Below, in pieces: positions 1 through 8,086 of a DNA stretch of 64,000 nt. Numbering within the stretch: position 1 is the first letter of the stretch; every line of letters starts with the position of its first letter. The DNA comes from an uncultured Bacilli bacterium (lineage in GTDB: Bacteria > Bacillota_I > Bacilli_A > RF39 > UBA660): assembly GCA_934096805.1 (NCBI GenBank), contig CAKOMW010000002.1, positions 139,736 through 203,735 of the forward strand, given 5' to 3'. Both the position numbers and the translations under genes were made by a program. Below the pieces are notes generated by a model. It had not been told where the DNA came from. It ran no database searches and saw nothing but the letters and a program-made list of their open reading frames with translations.

Positions 1-77
1 AGTACATTGAAAATACTTAGTCTTTTTTTCGACTTTTTTCTATAAAAAATAATATACTTAATTAAGGAAGTGATATT

Positions 78-779
78 TTGCTTTTAAGTTTAATTGAGTT
101 ATTAAAGACATTTTTATTTTTTAAGACATCATACTCTAATAATGTTTTTCCTGAACCATTAAGTAAAGAGGAAGAGGAAAAATATATTGAATTATTGCTA
201 AAAAAAGATAAGCATGCAAGAGATACTTTGATAGAACGAAACCTAAGATTGGTGGCCCATATTGCAAAGAAATATGAAAATTCTAATACAGATAATGATG
301 ATTTGATAAGTATAGGAACAATTGGTCTTATCAAAGGAATAGATTCATATTCTAAAAAACACAATACAAAAATTACAACTTACTGTGCTAGATGCATTGA
401 AAATGAAATCCTTATGTATTTCAGAGCTAATAAAAAAAATAACTTAAATATATCTTTAGATGAGCCAATCGGGTATGATAAAGAGGGTAATGATATTACA
501 ATATTAGATGTTTTAAAAACTCCAAGGCCTGATTATGTAGAAGAAATGCATAAAAAAGATAATATTGAATTATTAAAAAAGTATTTGAAACTTCTGACAC
601 CAAGAGAAAAGGAAATAATAGTAAAAAGATATGGATTAGATAATGAAGATGAACAAACCCAAAAACAAATAGCTAAATCACTTAATATTTCTAGAAGTTA
701 TGTATCAAGAATAGAGAAAAGGGCAGTGACTAAGATACTTAGAGAATTTATAAAAAAGGAAGAACCAAGAAAAGAATAA
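78..779 (+). CDS. sigK: RNA polymerase sporulation sigma factor SigK (pro-sigma-K); TTG start
   Basis: 233 aa, colinear with B. subtilis SigK including the pro-sequence (NNVFPEPLS), region 2 (LIERNLRLVAHIAKKYEN, DLISIGTIGLIKGIDSY) and region 4.2 (ISRSYVSRIEKRA); reading frame is uninterrupted. Confidence 0.8.
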   Translation: MLLSLIELLKTFLFFKTSYSNNVFPEPLSKEEEEKYIELLLKKDKHARDTLIERNLRLVAHIAKKYENSNTDNDDLISIGTIGLIKGIDSYSKKHNTKITTYCARCIENEILMYFRANKKNNLNISLDEPIGYDKEGNDITILDVLKTPRPDYVEEMHKKDNIELLKKYLKLLTPREKEIIVKRYGLDNEDEQTQKQIAKSLNISRSYVSRIEKRAVTKILREFIKKEEPRKE

Positions 780-857
780 GAAAATAAAAAAGTAATTGCA
801 TCAAATTAGACGAAACCACTTGTATAAAACAAAGATAAGTAGTATATTATATATAAA

Positions 858-894
858 GAAGCACGTTCCTTGAACGTCGGCTTCCAAGTTTTTT
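858..894 (+). terminator. rho-independent terminator after sigK
   Basis: GC-rich hairpin gaagcacgttc-ctt-gaacgtcggcttc followed by TTTTTT. Confidence 0.6.
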
Positions 895-898
895 GGTT

Positions 899-936
899 GC
901 GACGTTTCTCTATATCAGAGAGACGTCGCTATTTTA
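899..936 (+). terminator. second hairpin terminator (13-bp stem, one mismatch)
   Basis: gcgacgtttctct-atatc-agagagacgtcgc followed by tatttta; GC-rich island in an AT-rich background. Confidence 0.45.
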
Positions 937-1084
937 TTACATATAAAGTTTATGTATTAACATGATGATTATATATAATTGCAATAGGGAGATTATAAAA
1001 AACATTAAGATTGTACAATCTTTCTTGCTCATCATAATAACCACCTCGCTTTCATAGAAAGTGAAGTCAACGCCCAAAGATACG

Positions 1085-1260
1085 TGCATGATGTAACTAT
1101 ATACTATATAAAAGCACAATGCAAATGAGCAAAAATGACATTTGGTATAAAAAACAGTATACAAAATCAAGAATTGCTCTAAGACAAAAATAACTTTTAA
1201 TATAAAAAAAGCATACTAAAAAGTATTGTTTTGTATAAATTAAACAAATTTCTTGAAAAA
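1085..1260. repeat. degenerate solo copy of the Rpn-element leader
   Basis: tataaaagcacaatgcaaatgagc matches the leader core tataaaaacacaatgcaaatgagcaa found upstream of every Rpn-family ORF in the window; no associated ORF. Confidence 0.35.
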
Positions 1261-1379
1261 GAAGTTTTTTTGTATTAAAATTAAACTATAAAAACTAAAG
1301 AGGAGGACAGGTGTAAACAAAAAATCTACGCATAACATATAAACACCTAATAAGTAATATGGTAAACAAATATTCGTCT

Positions 1380-1389
1380 GGGGGGGGGG
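1380..1389 (+). repeat. poly-G homopolymer (10 G) separating an upstream ATG (1359) from the copy-A reading frame
   Basis: Seen directly. ATG at 1359 is in frame 0 and stops at 1401. The long ORF is open from 1366 in the +1 frame and encodes a signal-anchor TM segment (KTIKIISIIILLILIVISISFALG) before the annotated ATG at 1582. 11 G or 8 G would fuse ATG-1359 to the long frame. Confidence 0.6.
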
Positions 1390-1581
1390 CAAAATACTAC
1401 TAACCCTATAAATAAGAAAGGGAAAACAATAAAAATAATATCAATAATAATACTTTTAATACTAATAGTAATTAGTATATCTTTTGCATTAGGAAATATT
1501 GATATAAATATACTAGGAAGAAGAAATATAAAAATATCTAAATGCGAACTAGATATAAACTTTAAAGAAAGTGAAGAACTA

Positions 1582-2802
1582 ATGCTAGTAAGTAAATATC
1601 CCATATCAAAAGAAGAAGCATTAAAGTATAATGCAAAAGAAATAAATATAACAAACAATTCTACATGTGATACAGCTTATTATAAAGTAACAATAAAAGA
1701 CTTAGTAAATTCATCTATAAATAAAGATAAGATTAACTATCAAGTAATAGATAAAAGTACAAATACAGAAACAATAGATAAAAACCCAGATAACTTTAAT
1801 ATAAGTGATTCACTTACTAAAGGAAATACCAAAACATATACAATAAGACTATGGATAGATGAAAGTGCAACCAATACAGATTTATTTATAAATGGAAATA
1901 CAACAAAACCAATAGAATATAAATATGCACTTAACATAGAATCAAGTGATGAAGAGATAAAAGGAGCAGGCATGACAGCAACAGAATTTGCCCAAGCAAA
2001 TGTAGGACAAAATGGCCTAGAACTAGTAACTCATACAATAGATAATACCCTTCAAGTAGATAATAAATTTGCAACAGAATATAGATACAGAGGAGGAGAC
2101 TCAGTAGTAAAGAACTATGTAACATTTAATAATGAAATATGGAGAATAATAGGAATAATACCAACTGAAGATACCTCAGGTAATGTAGAAAATAGAATTA
2201 AGATAATAAGAGATACTTCAATAGGAAATATGAAATGGAATACAAATGATACTAATGATTGGACAAGTGCAACTTTAAATACATACTTAAATAATGATTA
2301 TTATAATACGTTAACAAGTGATGCCAAAAACATGATAGGAACAACAAAATACTATCTTGGAGGATATAACTCTGCAGGTATAACATCTGATGTAATGTGG
2401 CAATATGAAAGAAAGAATGATGCTAATCGAAGTGGATATTATTATGGTACAAATCCAATAATGCAAAATGATGCGAATAAAAAGATAGCAATAATGTATG
2501 CCAGTGATTATGGATATGGAGCATCAAAAGAATGTACAAGTAATGTAGGTGATTATGGGAACAATGCAAGTTGTAAAACAACAAATAATTGGTTAGACAA
2601 AAGTCAAGATACATGGTTGCTTCCGCAGTATTCAGACCTTTCCAACTATGCTTTCCGTGTGAACTCGGCTGGCGATGTCAGTAACAACAGCGTCGACGGC
2701 AGCTACGAACGTGCGGTCCGCCCAGTCCTAAGTCTGTCATCTAACGTAAAGATCTCAGGTGGAGAAGGGACTTTCAGTAAACCATACACGTTGTCACAAT
2801 AA
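1582..2802 (+). CDS. Surface protein paralog A with C-terminal C-type-lectin-like domain (currently N-terminally truncated / phase-OFF). The open frame extends back to 1366
   Basis: C-terminal 250 aa about 85-90 percent identical to 49720-51150 (TEYRYRGGDSVVKNYVTFNNE...AVRPVLSLSSNVKISGGEGT); GC-rich 3' end with hypervariable NNC-codon block at 2644-2712. Confidence 0.75.
   Translation: MLVSKYPISKEEALKYNAKEINITNNSTCDTAYYKVTIKDLVNSSINKDKINYQVIDKSTNTETIDKNPDNFNISDSLTKGNTKTYTIRLWIDESATNTDLFINGNTTKPIEYKYALNIESSDEEIKGAGMTATEFAQANVGQNGLELVTHTIDNTLQVDNKFATEYRYRGGDSVVKNYVTFNNEIWRIIGIIPTEDTSGNVENRIKIIRDTSIGNMKWNTNDTNDWTSATLNTYLNNDYYNTLTSDAKNMIGTTKYYLGGYNSAGITSDVMWQYERKNDANRSGYYYGTNPIMQNDANKKIAIMYASDYGYGASKECTSNVGDYGNNASCKTTNNWLDKSQDTWLLPQYSDLSNYAFRVNSAGDVSNNSVDGSYERAVRPVLSLSSNVKISGGEGTFSKPYTLSQ
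2644..2712 (+). other. hypervariable block (DGR VR-like) in copy A
   Basis: 69 nt differing at about half of positions from the equivalent block of copy B, while the following 40 nt are identical; 13 of 23 codons are NNC (aac, ggc, gtc, agc, gac, tac...). Confidence 0.55.
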
Positions 2803-2823
2803 ATTAAAAAATTCATTAACATA

Positions 2824-2852
2824 TTGCATAATTATTTAGTTTTATGTATAAT
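2824..2852 (+). promoter_or_regulatory. sigma-A type promoter for ileS leader (TTGCAT-17-TATAAT)
   Basis: ttgcat aattatttagttttatg tataat. Confidence 0.6.
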
Positions 2853-2858
2853 ATCTTA

Positions 2859-3117
2859 TGAGGTTATTCTTTTCGGGGGCCCAAGTAACCTCATATTATT
2901 GTGTCAAAAACAAATGATGAAGACGGAAATATATTGTTTTTTAAAGAGAGTTAGTGGTAGGTGTAAACTAATAAAAAAATATATTTCAGATCACTTCTGA
3001 TGTGTTTTATTAAAAGTAAAAACGGTTACGCGTTATAGTATTGAGTAAAAAAATAAGGTGGTACCACGAACATTTCGTCCTTTGGTAACATCTTTTTATT
3101 TTTAAGGAGGAGTTAAT
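2859..3117 (+). promoter_or_regulatory. T-box riboswitch leader of ileS
   Basis: about 260-nt leader; AGAGA box (ttaaagagagttagtgg), T-box core aaggtggtaccacg at 3055-3068, terminator hairpin plus ctttttattttt before the RBS aaggagg. Confidence 0.7.
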
Positions 3118-6100
3118 ATGTTTAAAGAATTAAAGAAAGGACAAATAAGTGAAATTGAAGCATTTTATTCTGAATTTTGGGAAGAAGATAATGTTTTACA
3201 AAAGAGTATAGATAAAAATGATAAATATTTTGTGTTTTATGATGGTCCAGCAACTGCAAATGGGTTTCCGGGGCTTCATCATATGGTTGCTAAGTTTTTG
3301 AAAGATAGTTTTTGTAAGTATAAAACAATGCAAGGTTATAAAGTGCTTAGAAAAGTAGGATGGGATACTCATGGTTTACCTGTTGAACTTGCTGTGGAAA
3401 AAGAATTAGGTTTTAAGTCTAAGACTGATATTGAAAAATATGGTATCGAAGCATTTAATAAAAAATGTAAAGAATCAGTATGGAAAAATGAAAAAGCCTT
3501 CAGTGATTTGACTACCAAAATGGGGCAATTTATAGATTTGAAACATCCATATGTTACATATGATAATAATTACATTGAAACAGAATGGTGGATCTTAAAG
3601 AAATTCTTTGATGAAGGGTTATTTTATGAAGGACATAAGATATTGCCATATTGTCCTAGATGTGGAACAGGTCTTGCATCGCATGAAGTAGCACAGGGAT
3701 ACAAAGAAGTGACTGTAGATACAGTAACTGTACCATTTAAATTAAAAGATGAAGATTGTTACTTCTTAGTATGGACAACAACTCCTTGGACATTATTAGC
3801 AAATGTTGGGTTGTGCGTTAATCCAGAAGAAGAATATATAAAAGCAGAATCAATGGGTTATAATTTTATTGTTGCTAAAAAGCTAGCTAATAAAGTGCTA
3901 GGGGATGATTATAAAGTCCTTGAAACATATAAGGGCAAAGAACTAGAACATAAAGAATATGAACAATTAATATCAGAAATTTCAGTAAATAAAAAAGCTT
4001 TCTTTGTATGTTGCGATAACTATGTAACAATGGAAGATGGTACAGGAATAGTACACCTTGCACCGGCATTCGGAGCTGATGATGCCTTAGTAGGAAGAAA
4101 ATACAATCTTCCATATATAAATCCAGTCGGGGAAGATGGATGCTATACAGAAGGACCATGGAAAGGAACACTTGTTTTTGATGCAGATCTTGAAGTTATA
4201 AAATACTTAAAAGCAAATGATAAATTATTCAAAAAACAAAAAATAGTACACAACTATCCTCACTGCTGGAGATGTTCAACACCACTTATTTATTACTCTA
4301 AACCAAGCTATTACTTAGAAGTAACTAAAATAAAAGACAAAATAATCGAGGCTAATAAAACTGTAAAATGGCATCCAGCATATGTTGGAGAAAAACGTTT
4401 TGGTAACTGGTTAGAAAATTTAAATGACTGGGCGATATCAAGAAACAGATATTGGGGTACACCACTTCCTTTATGGAAATGTGAATGTGGCCATACTCAT
4501 ATGATTGGAAGCAGAGAAGAACTCGTAAACCTTGCTTTAGAAGACATAGATACTTCAATTGATTTACATAGACCATACGTTGACAATGTTCATATTAAAT
4601 GTGATAAATGTGGTAAAACTATGACTAGAACAACAGATGTAATTGATTGTTGGTTTGATTCTGGTTCAATGCCATTTGCCCAATACCATTATCCATTTGA
4701 AAACAAAGAATTATGGGAAACCCAATTTCCAGCAGATTTCATTGCCGAAGGAATAGATCAAACAAGAGGATGGTTCTATACACTTCTAGTAATATCAACA
4801 TTTTTAACAGGAAAAGCACCATACAAAAATGTTTTAGTAAATGACTTATTACTTGACAGTGAAGGCAAAAAAATGTCTAAATCGAAAGGAAATATCGTTG
4901 AACCATTTACTACTATGAAAGAATACGGAGCAGATACAGTAAGATTCTATCTTCCATATGTATCACCAGTATGGACACCACTTAAATTTGATGTAAATGG
5001 TCTAAAAGAAGTACATTCTAAGTTCTTTAACCCTCTTAAAAACACATATTCATTCTTTACAATTTATGCTAATATTGATAATATCGATCCTAGAGAATAC
5101 AATATAGAATACAAAGATTTAGAAGAAATAGATAAATGGTTATTTTCAAAACTAAATAAATTAATCAAAAATGTAACAGATTCATATGAAGAATATGACT
5201 TAAATAAAGTAGTAAAGTATTTAACAGACTTTGTAAGTGAAGATTTATCTAATTGGTATATTAGAAGAAACAGAAAAAGATTCTGGGGAAATGAATTAAA
5301 TAACTCTAAAAAATGTGTTTATTATACAACATATAAAACATTATTAGATTTATCAAAGTTAATTGCTCCAATAACACCATTTATATCCGAAGAAATATAT
5401 CAAAACTTAACAAATGAAGAATCTGTTCATCTAAGTGATTTCCCAAAATATAATAAAGAATTATTAAACGAAGAAATAGAAAAGAAAATGGACTTAGTAA
5501 GAGATTTAATATCACTAGGAAGAAATGCTAGAGAAGAAAAGAAAATAAAAGTTAGGCAACCAATCAAAGAAATAATCCTTGATGGTAAAAACAAAGATAT
5601 TTTAAGTGATTTAACTGACTTAATAAAAGAAGAATTAAATGTCAAAGAAATAGTCTTTGAAGATGATTTGTCAAAATATATGAACTTTGTTATAAAACCA
5701 AACTTTAAAGAAGCCGGAAAAGTACTTGGTTCAAAAATGAAAGACTTTACTAACTTTTTAAGTGATTTAAACGAAGAACAAATAAATAAATTAAGAAATA
5801 ACGAACCAGTCACATTTGAAAACCTAGAAATAACAAGTAACTTAATAGATATAAAAATTATTTCTAAAGAAGGATTCAACACAGCAAGCTTAGATAATAA
5901 TTTTATAATATTAAATACAACTTTAGATGAAGAATTAATAAAAGAAGGATATGCTAGAGAATTTGTTTCAAAGATACAAAACTTAAGAAAAGAAAAAGAC
6001 TTTGATATAGAAAATAGAATAAAATTATCTTATAATTCAAATGATTATTTTGATGATATAGTAAAAGAATTTAATGACTATATTAAAAAAGAAACTTTAT

Positions 6101-6189
6101 CACTAGAAATAGTAAAAGATAATAATCTTAATAACAAACAACTAGTAAATGATATTGAAGTAGCATTTGATGTTGAGAAGATAAAATAA
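3118..6189 (+). CDS. ileS: isoleucine--tRNA ligase
   Basis: 1023 aa; HMGH-type motif (PGLHHMVAK), KMSKS (KKMSKSKGN), zinc-binding CxxC pairs; class I aaRS architecture. Confidence 0.95.
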   Translation: MFKELKKGQISEIEAFYSEFWEEDNVLQKSIDKNDKYFVFYDGPATANGFPGLHHMVAKFLKDSFCKYKTMQGYKVLRKVGWDTHGLPVELAVEKELGFKSKTDIEKYGIEAFNKKCKESVWKNEKAFSDLTTKMGQFIDLKHPYVTYDNNYIETEWWILKKFFDEGLFYEGHKILPYCPRCGTGLASHEVAQGYKEVTVDTVTVPFKLKDEDCYFLVWTTTPWTLLANVGLCVNPEEEYIKAESMGYNFIVAKKLANKVLGDDYKVLETYKGKELEHKEYEQLISEISVNKKAFFVCCDNYVTMEDGTGIVHLAPAFGADDALVGRKYNLPYINPVGEDGCYTEGPWKGTLVFDADLEVIKYLKANDKLFKKQKIVHNYPHCWRCSTPLIYYSKPSYYLEVTKIKDKIIEANKTVKWHPAYVGEKRFGNWLENLNDWAISRNRYWGTPLPLWKCECGHTHMIGSREELVNLALEDIDTSIDLHRPYVDNVHIKCDKCGKTMTRTTDVIDCWFDSGSMPFAQYHYPFENKELWETQFPADFIAEGIDQTRGWFYTLLVISTFLTGKAPYKNVLVNDLLLDSEGKKMSKSKGNIVEPFTTMKEYGADTVRFYLPYVSPVWTPLKFDVNGLKEVHSKFFNPLKNTYSFFTIYANIDNIDPREYNIEYKDLEEIDKWLFSKLNKLIKNVTDSYEEYDLNKVVKYLTDFVSEDLSNWYIRRNRKRFWGNELNNSKKCVYYTTYKTLLDLSKLIAPITPFISEEIYQNLTNEESVHLSDFPKYNKELLNEEIEKKMDLVRDLISLGRNAREEKKIKVRQPIKEIILDGKNKDILSDLTDLIKEELNVKEIVFEDDLSKYMNFVIKPNFKEAGKVLGSKMKDFTNFLSDLNEEQINKLRNNEPVTFENLEITSNLIDIKIISKEGFNTASLDNNFIILNTTLDEELIKEGYAREFVSKIQNLRKEKDFDIENRIKLSYNSNDYFDDIVKEFNDYIKKETLSLEIVKDNNLNNKQLVNDIEVAFDVEKIK

Positions 6190-6199
6190 ATAGTACAAT

Positions 6200-6223
6200 A
6201 AAGGGCTTATAGCTCTTTTTTTG
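6200..6223 (+). terminator. rho-independent terminator after ileS
   Basis: aaagggcttatagctcttttttt. Confidence 0.6.
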
Positions 6224-6267
6224 TTTTATAAAATAAAATGAAGATTGACACTGTTACAAAAAATATA

Positions 6268-6596
6268 TAATTAAGCTATATGAGAAGTTATTATTAATAT
6301 TTAATGAAAATGATAATCAGTTTCTTAAAGATTTAAGTAAGGGTGATGAGATAATGGAAAAGTATGTTAAAGAATCTAAAGAAGTAAGTGAACAAGATGA
6401 AGTAATAGGAATGTATGATAAGGAGTTACATGATGAAAAGCTTCGTTTGGCAGAAAATGATGAGTACAGAGAAAATGGAAAACAAGAAAAAGCTAAAGAA
6501 ACTGCACTTAAAATGCTTCAAGATAATTTAGATTTAGATACTATTTCTAAGTATACTGAACTTTCTATTGAAGAATTAAAGAGTTTACGACAATAG
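6268..6596 (+). pseudogene. 3' fragment of an Rpn/YhgA-like (PD-(D/E)XK, Transposase_31-type) gene, subfamily II
   Basis: frame open from 6249; KLYEKLLLIFNENDNQFLKDLSKGDEIMEKYVKESKEVSEQDEVIGMYDKELHDEKLRLAE is near-identical to the C-terminal third of the intact copy at 38113-39054; the N-terminal two thirds are absent. Confidence 0.7.
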
Positions 6597-6717
6597 GCTC
6601 TTTTTCTTTTAAAACACTAAATTACAAAAACAATTGTTATTTTTTATAAGATATGATATAATACTTCTTGCACTCAAAAGATATAAGTTGCATATATTTG
6701 ATATTGGAGGAGATAAC

Positions 6718-7329
6718 ATGCTAAGTAAATTAAGCGAAAGTTTTATAAATAATTTAGGAGTAGATTGCGATATTATATATGAATCAATAAAAGATATTGT
6801 ACCATTTATTTCAGAATGGCAACTAAAACAAGGATACTTTTATGATGAAGATAAAAAAATAAAAATTATATTAAAAGAAGATAAGCCTAAAAAAGGAATG
6901 CCATATAATAATATTATTATTACTGATGCTATTGCTAATCAAGTAACTTGGCTAAAGGTTTATAAAGATAAATTATTTTGCGAAAAAAATATAATTACAA
7001 GCGAAGAAGATAAAATAAAAGCTTCAACATATTTATTTGATGAAGAAGAATATACTAAAAAGATTTATTCCTTTGTATATAATAATGATTATATTACAGT
7101 TGGAGTACAGTATGATAAAGTTAATAATAAGATGGAAGTCTCTTTAAACACTAATTTAGACGAAGAAAAAGTTACCGATATTTTAAGTAACTATGATATT
7201 TTAAATATTAGAATGTGTGAAGAAAAGAAAGATATTGCTGACTTATTAAAAAATATTTATTTTGATTCATTCTGCGAAACAAAAAAGGAAACAAATAATC
7301 ATGTACTAAAGAGAATACATAAAGGATAA
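6718..7329 (+). CDS. hypothetical protein
   Basis: ORF with RBS ggagga 8 nt upstream of the ATG at 6718; no recognisable motifs. Confidence 0.5.
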   Translation: MLSKLSESFINNLGVDCDIIYESIKDIVPFISEWQLKQGYFYDEDKKIKIILKEDKPKKGMPYNNIIITDAIANQVTWLKVYKDKLFCEKNIITSEEDKIKASTYLFDEEEYTKKIYSFVYNNDYITVGVQYDKVNNKMEVSLNTNLDEEKVTDILSNYDILNIRMCEEKKDIADLLKNIYFDSFCETKKETNNHVLKRIHKG

Positions 7330-7393
7330 TCCTTATGATTTATTCTTTTTTTTTGTCTATTTTTATGTTAAAATTATTTTAGGAGATGATAAG

Positions 7394-8086
7394 ATGAATA
7401 AAAAAGGATTTACATTTGTTGAACTATTAGCGGTAATAGTAATTTTATCTATAATTACAACCCTTACAGTTGTATCTTACAAACACTATGCTAAGCAAGC
7501 AAAAGAAGATGAACTTATTGCTTTAAGAGGAACAGTTGAATCAGCTTATAATAATTACAGGTCAAAAATGTTATATACAAATGGAATAGTAAACAATGAA
7601 GTGAAATTCGGATTTTTAGTTGAGAATAACTATATTCCTAAAAATTTCAATTACAATGATGTTAAATTTAGTGCCAATGATTTAAGTGATAGTAAAATTA
7701 AAGTAGTAACCAAAGGAGAAATGCTAAATGAAACATATTTGAATGGAGGAAGCTGTAACTTTACCGAAATGATAAAATATGGAATATGTAAAACAGATAC
7801 TGATGATAGTTCAGTTGAAGTAAAAGAAGAAAATGGTCAAAAACATGTTGAAGGAACTAGTGATAACGCTACTTACTGTCTCACAGAAGATGCATCATCC
7901 GCTACCACAAATTACTGTCTAGATAATGGGAAAAAAGTCTTTGTAGTACCTTCAGAAGATGAAGCCTATTGTTTATATGTTAAGCATACCAATAATGGAA
8001 CTCGAAAAGAACTAATAAATGATTTTTTAGACTGTAATAAACCATATTGCATGACTAAAGAATTAAGGGAACAAAAATGCAAATAA
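7394..8086 (+). CDS. type IV prepilin-like protein (class III signal, GFTFVE), Cys-rich C-terminal domain
   Basis: MNKKGFTFVELLAVIVILSIITTL is a canonical prepilin peptidase cleavage/methylation motif; stop overlaps mutL start. Confidence 0.7.
   Translation: MNKKGFTFVELLAVIVILSIITTLTVVSYKHYAKQAKEDELIALRGTVESAYNNYRSKMLYTNGIVNNEVKFGFLVENNYIPKNFNYNDVKFSANDLSDSKIKVVTKGEMLNETYLNGGSCNFTEMIKYGICKTDTDDSSVEVKEENGQKHVEGTSDNATYCLTEDASSATTNYCLDNGKKVFVVPSEDEAYCLYVKHTNNGTRKELINDFLDCNKPYCMTKELREQKCK

Noticed and set aside
840-940. GC-rich island between sigK and copy A, considered as a possible DGR template repeat
   Set aside because: It has no sequence similarity to the VR-like blocks. The two hairpins are followed by T-runs and fit ordinary tandem terminators of sigK
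2859-2897. Hairpin with GC-rich loop (atgaggtta-ttcttttcgggggcccaag-taacctcat) downstream of copy A, considered as a DGR target-recognition hairpin
   Set aside because: It starts at the predicted transcription start of the ileS promoter. More likely it is the 5' stem of the ileS T-box leader than a DGR element. It lies 57 nt after the stop codon rather than abutting the VR
3887-5882. Antisense ORFs inside ileS (3887-4171, 4352-4576, 5427-5882). Similar antisense ORFs occur inside mutL, dnaK, dnaJ, cpaF, the giant pilin and other genes
   Set aside because: Low-complexity translations (L/S/F/I-rich) lying entirely within well-supported genes on the opposite strand. They are typical shadow ORFs of AT-rich DNA
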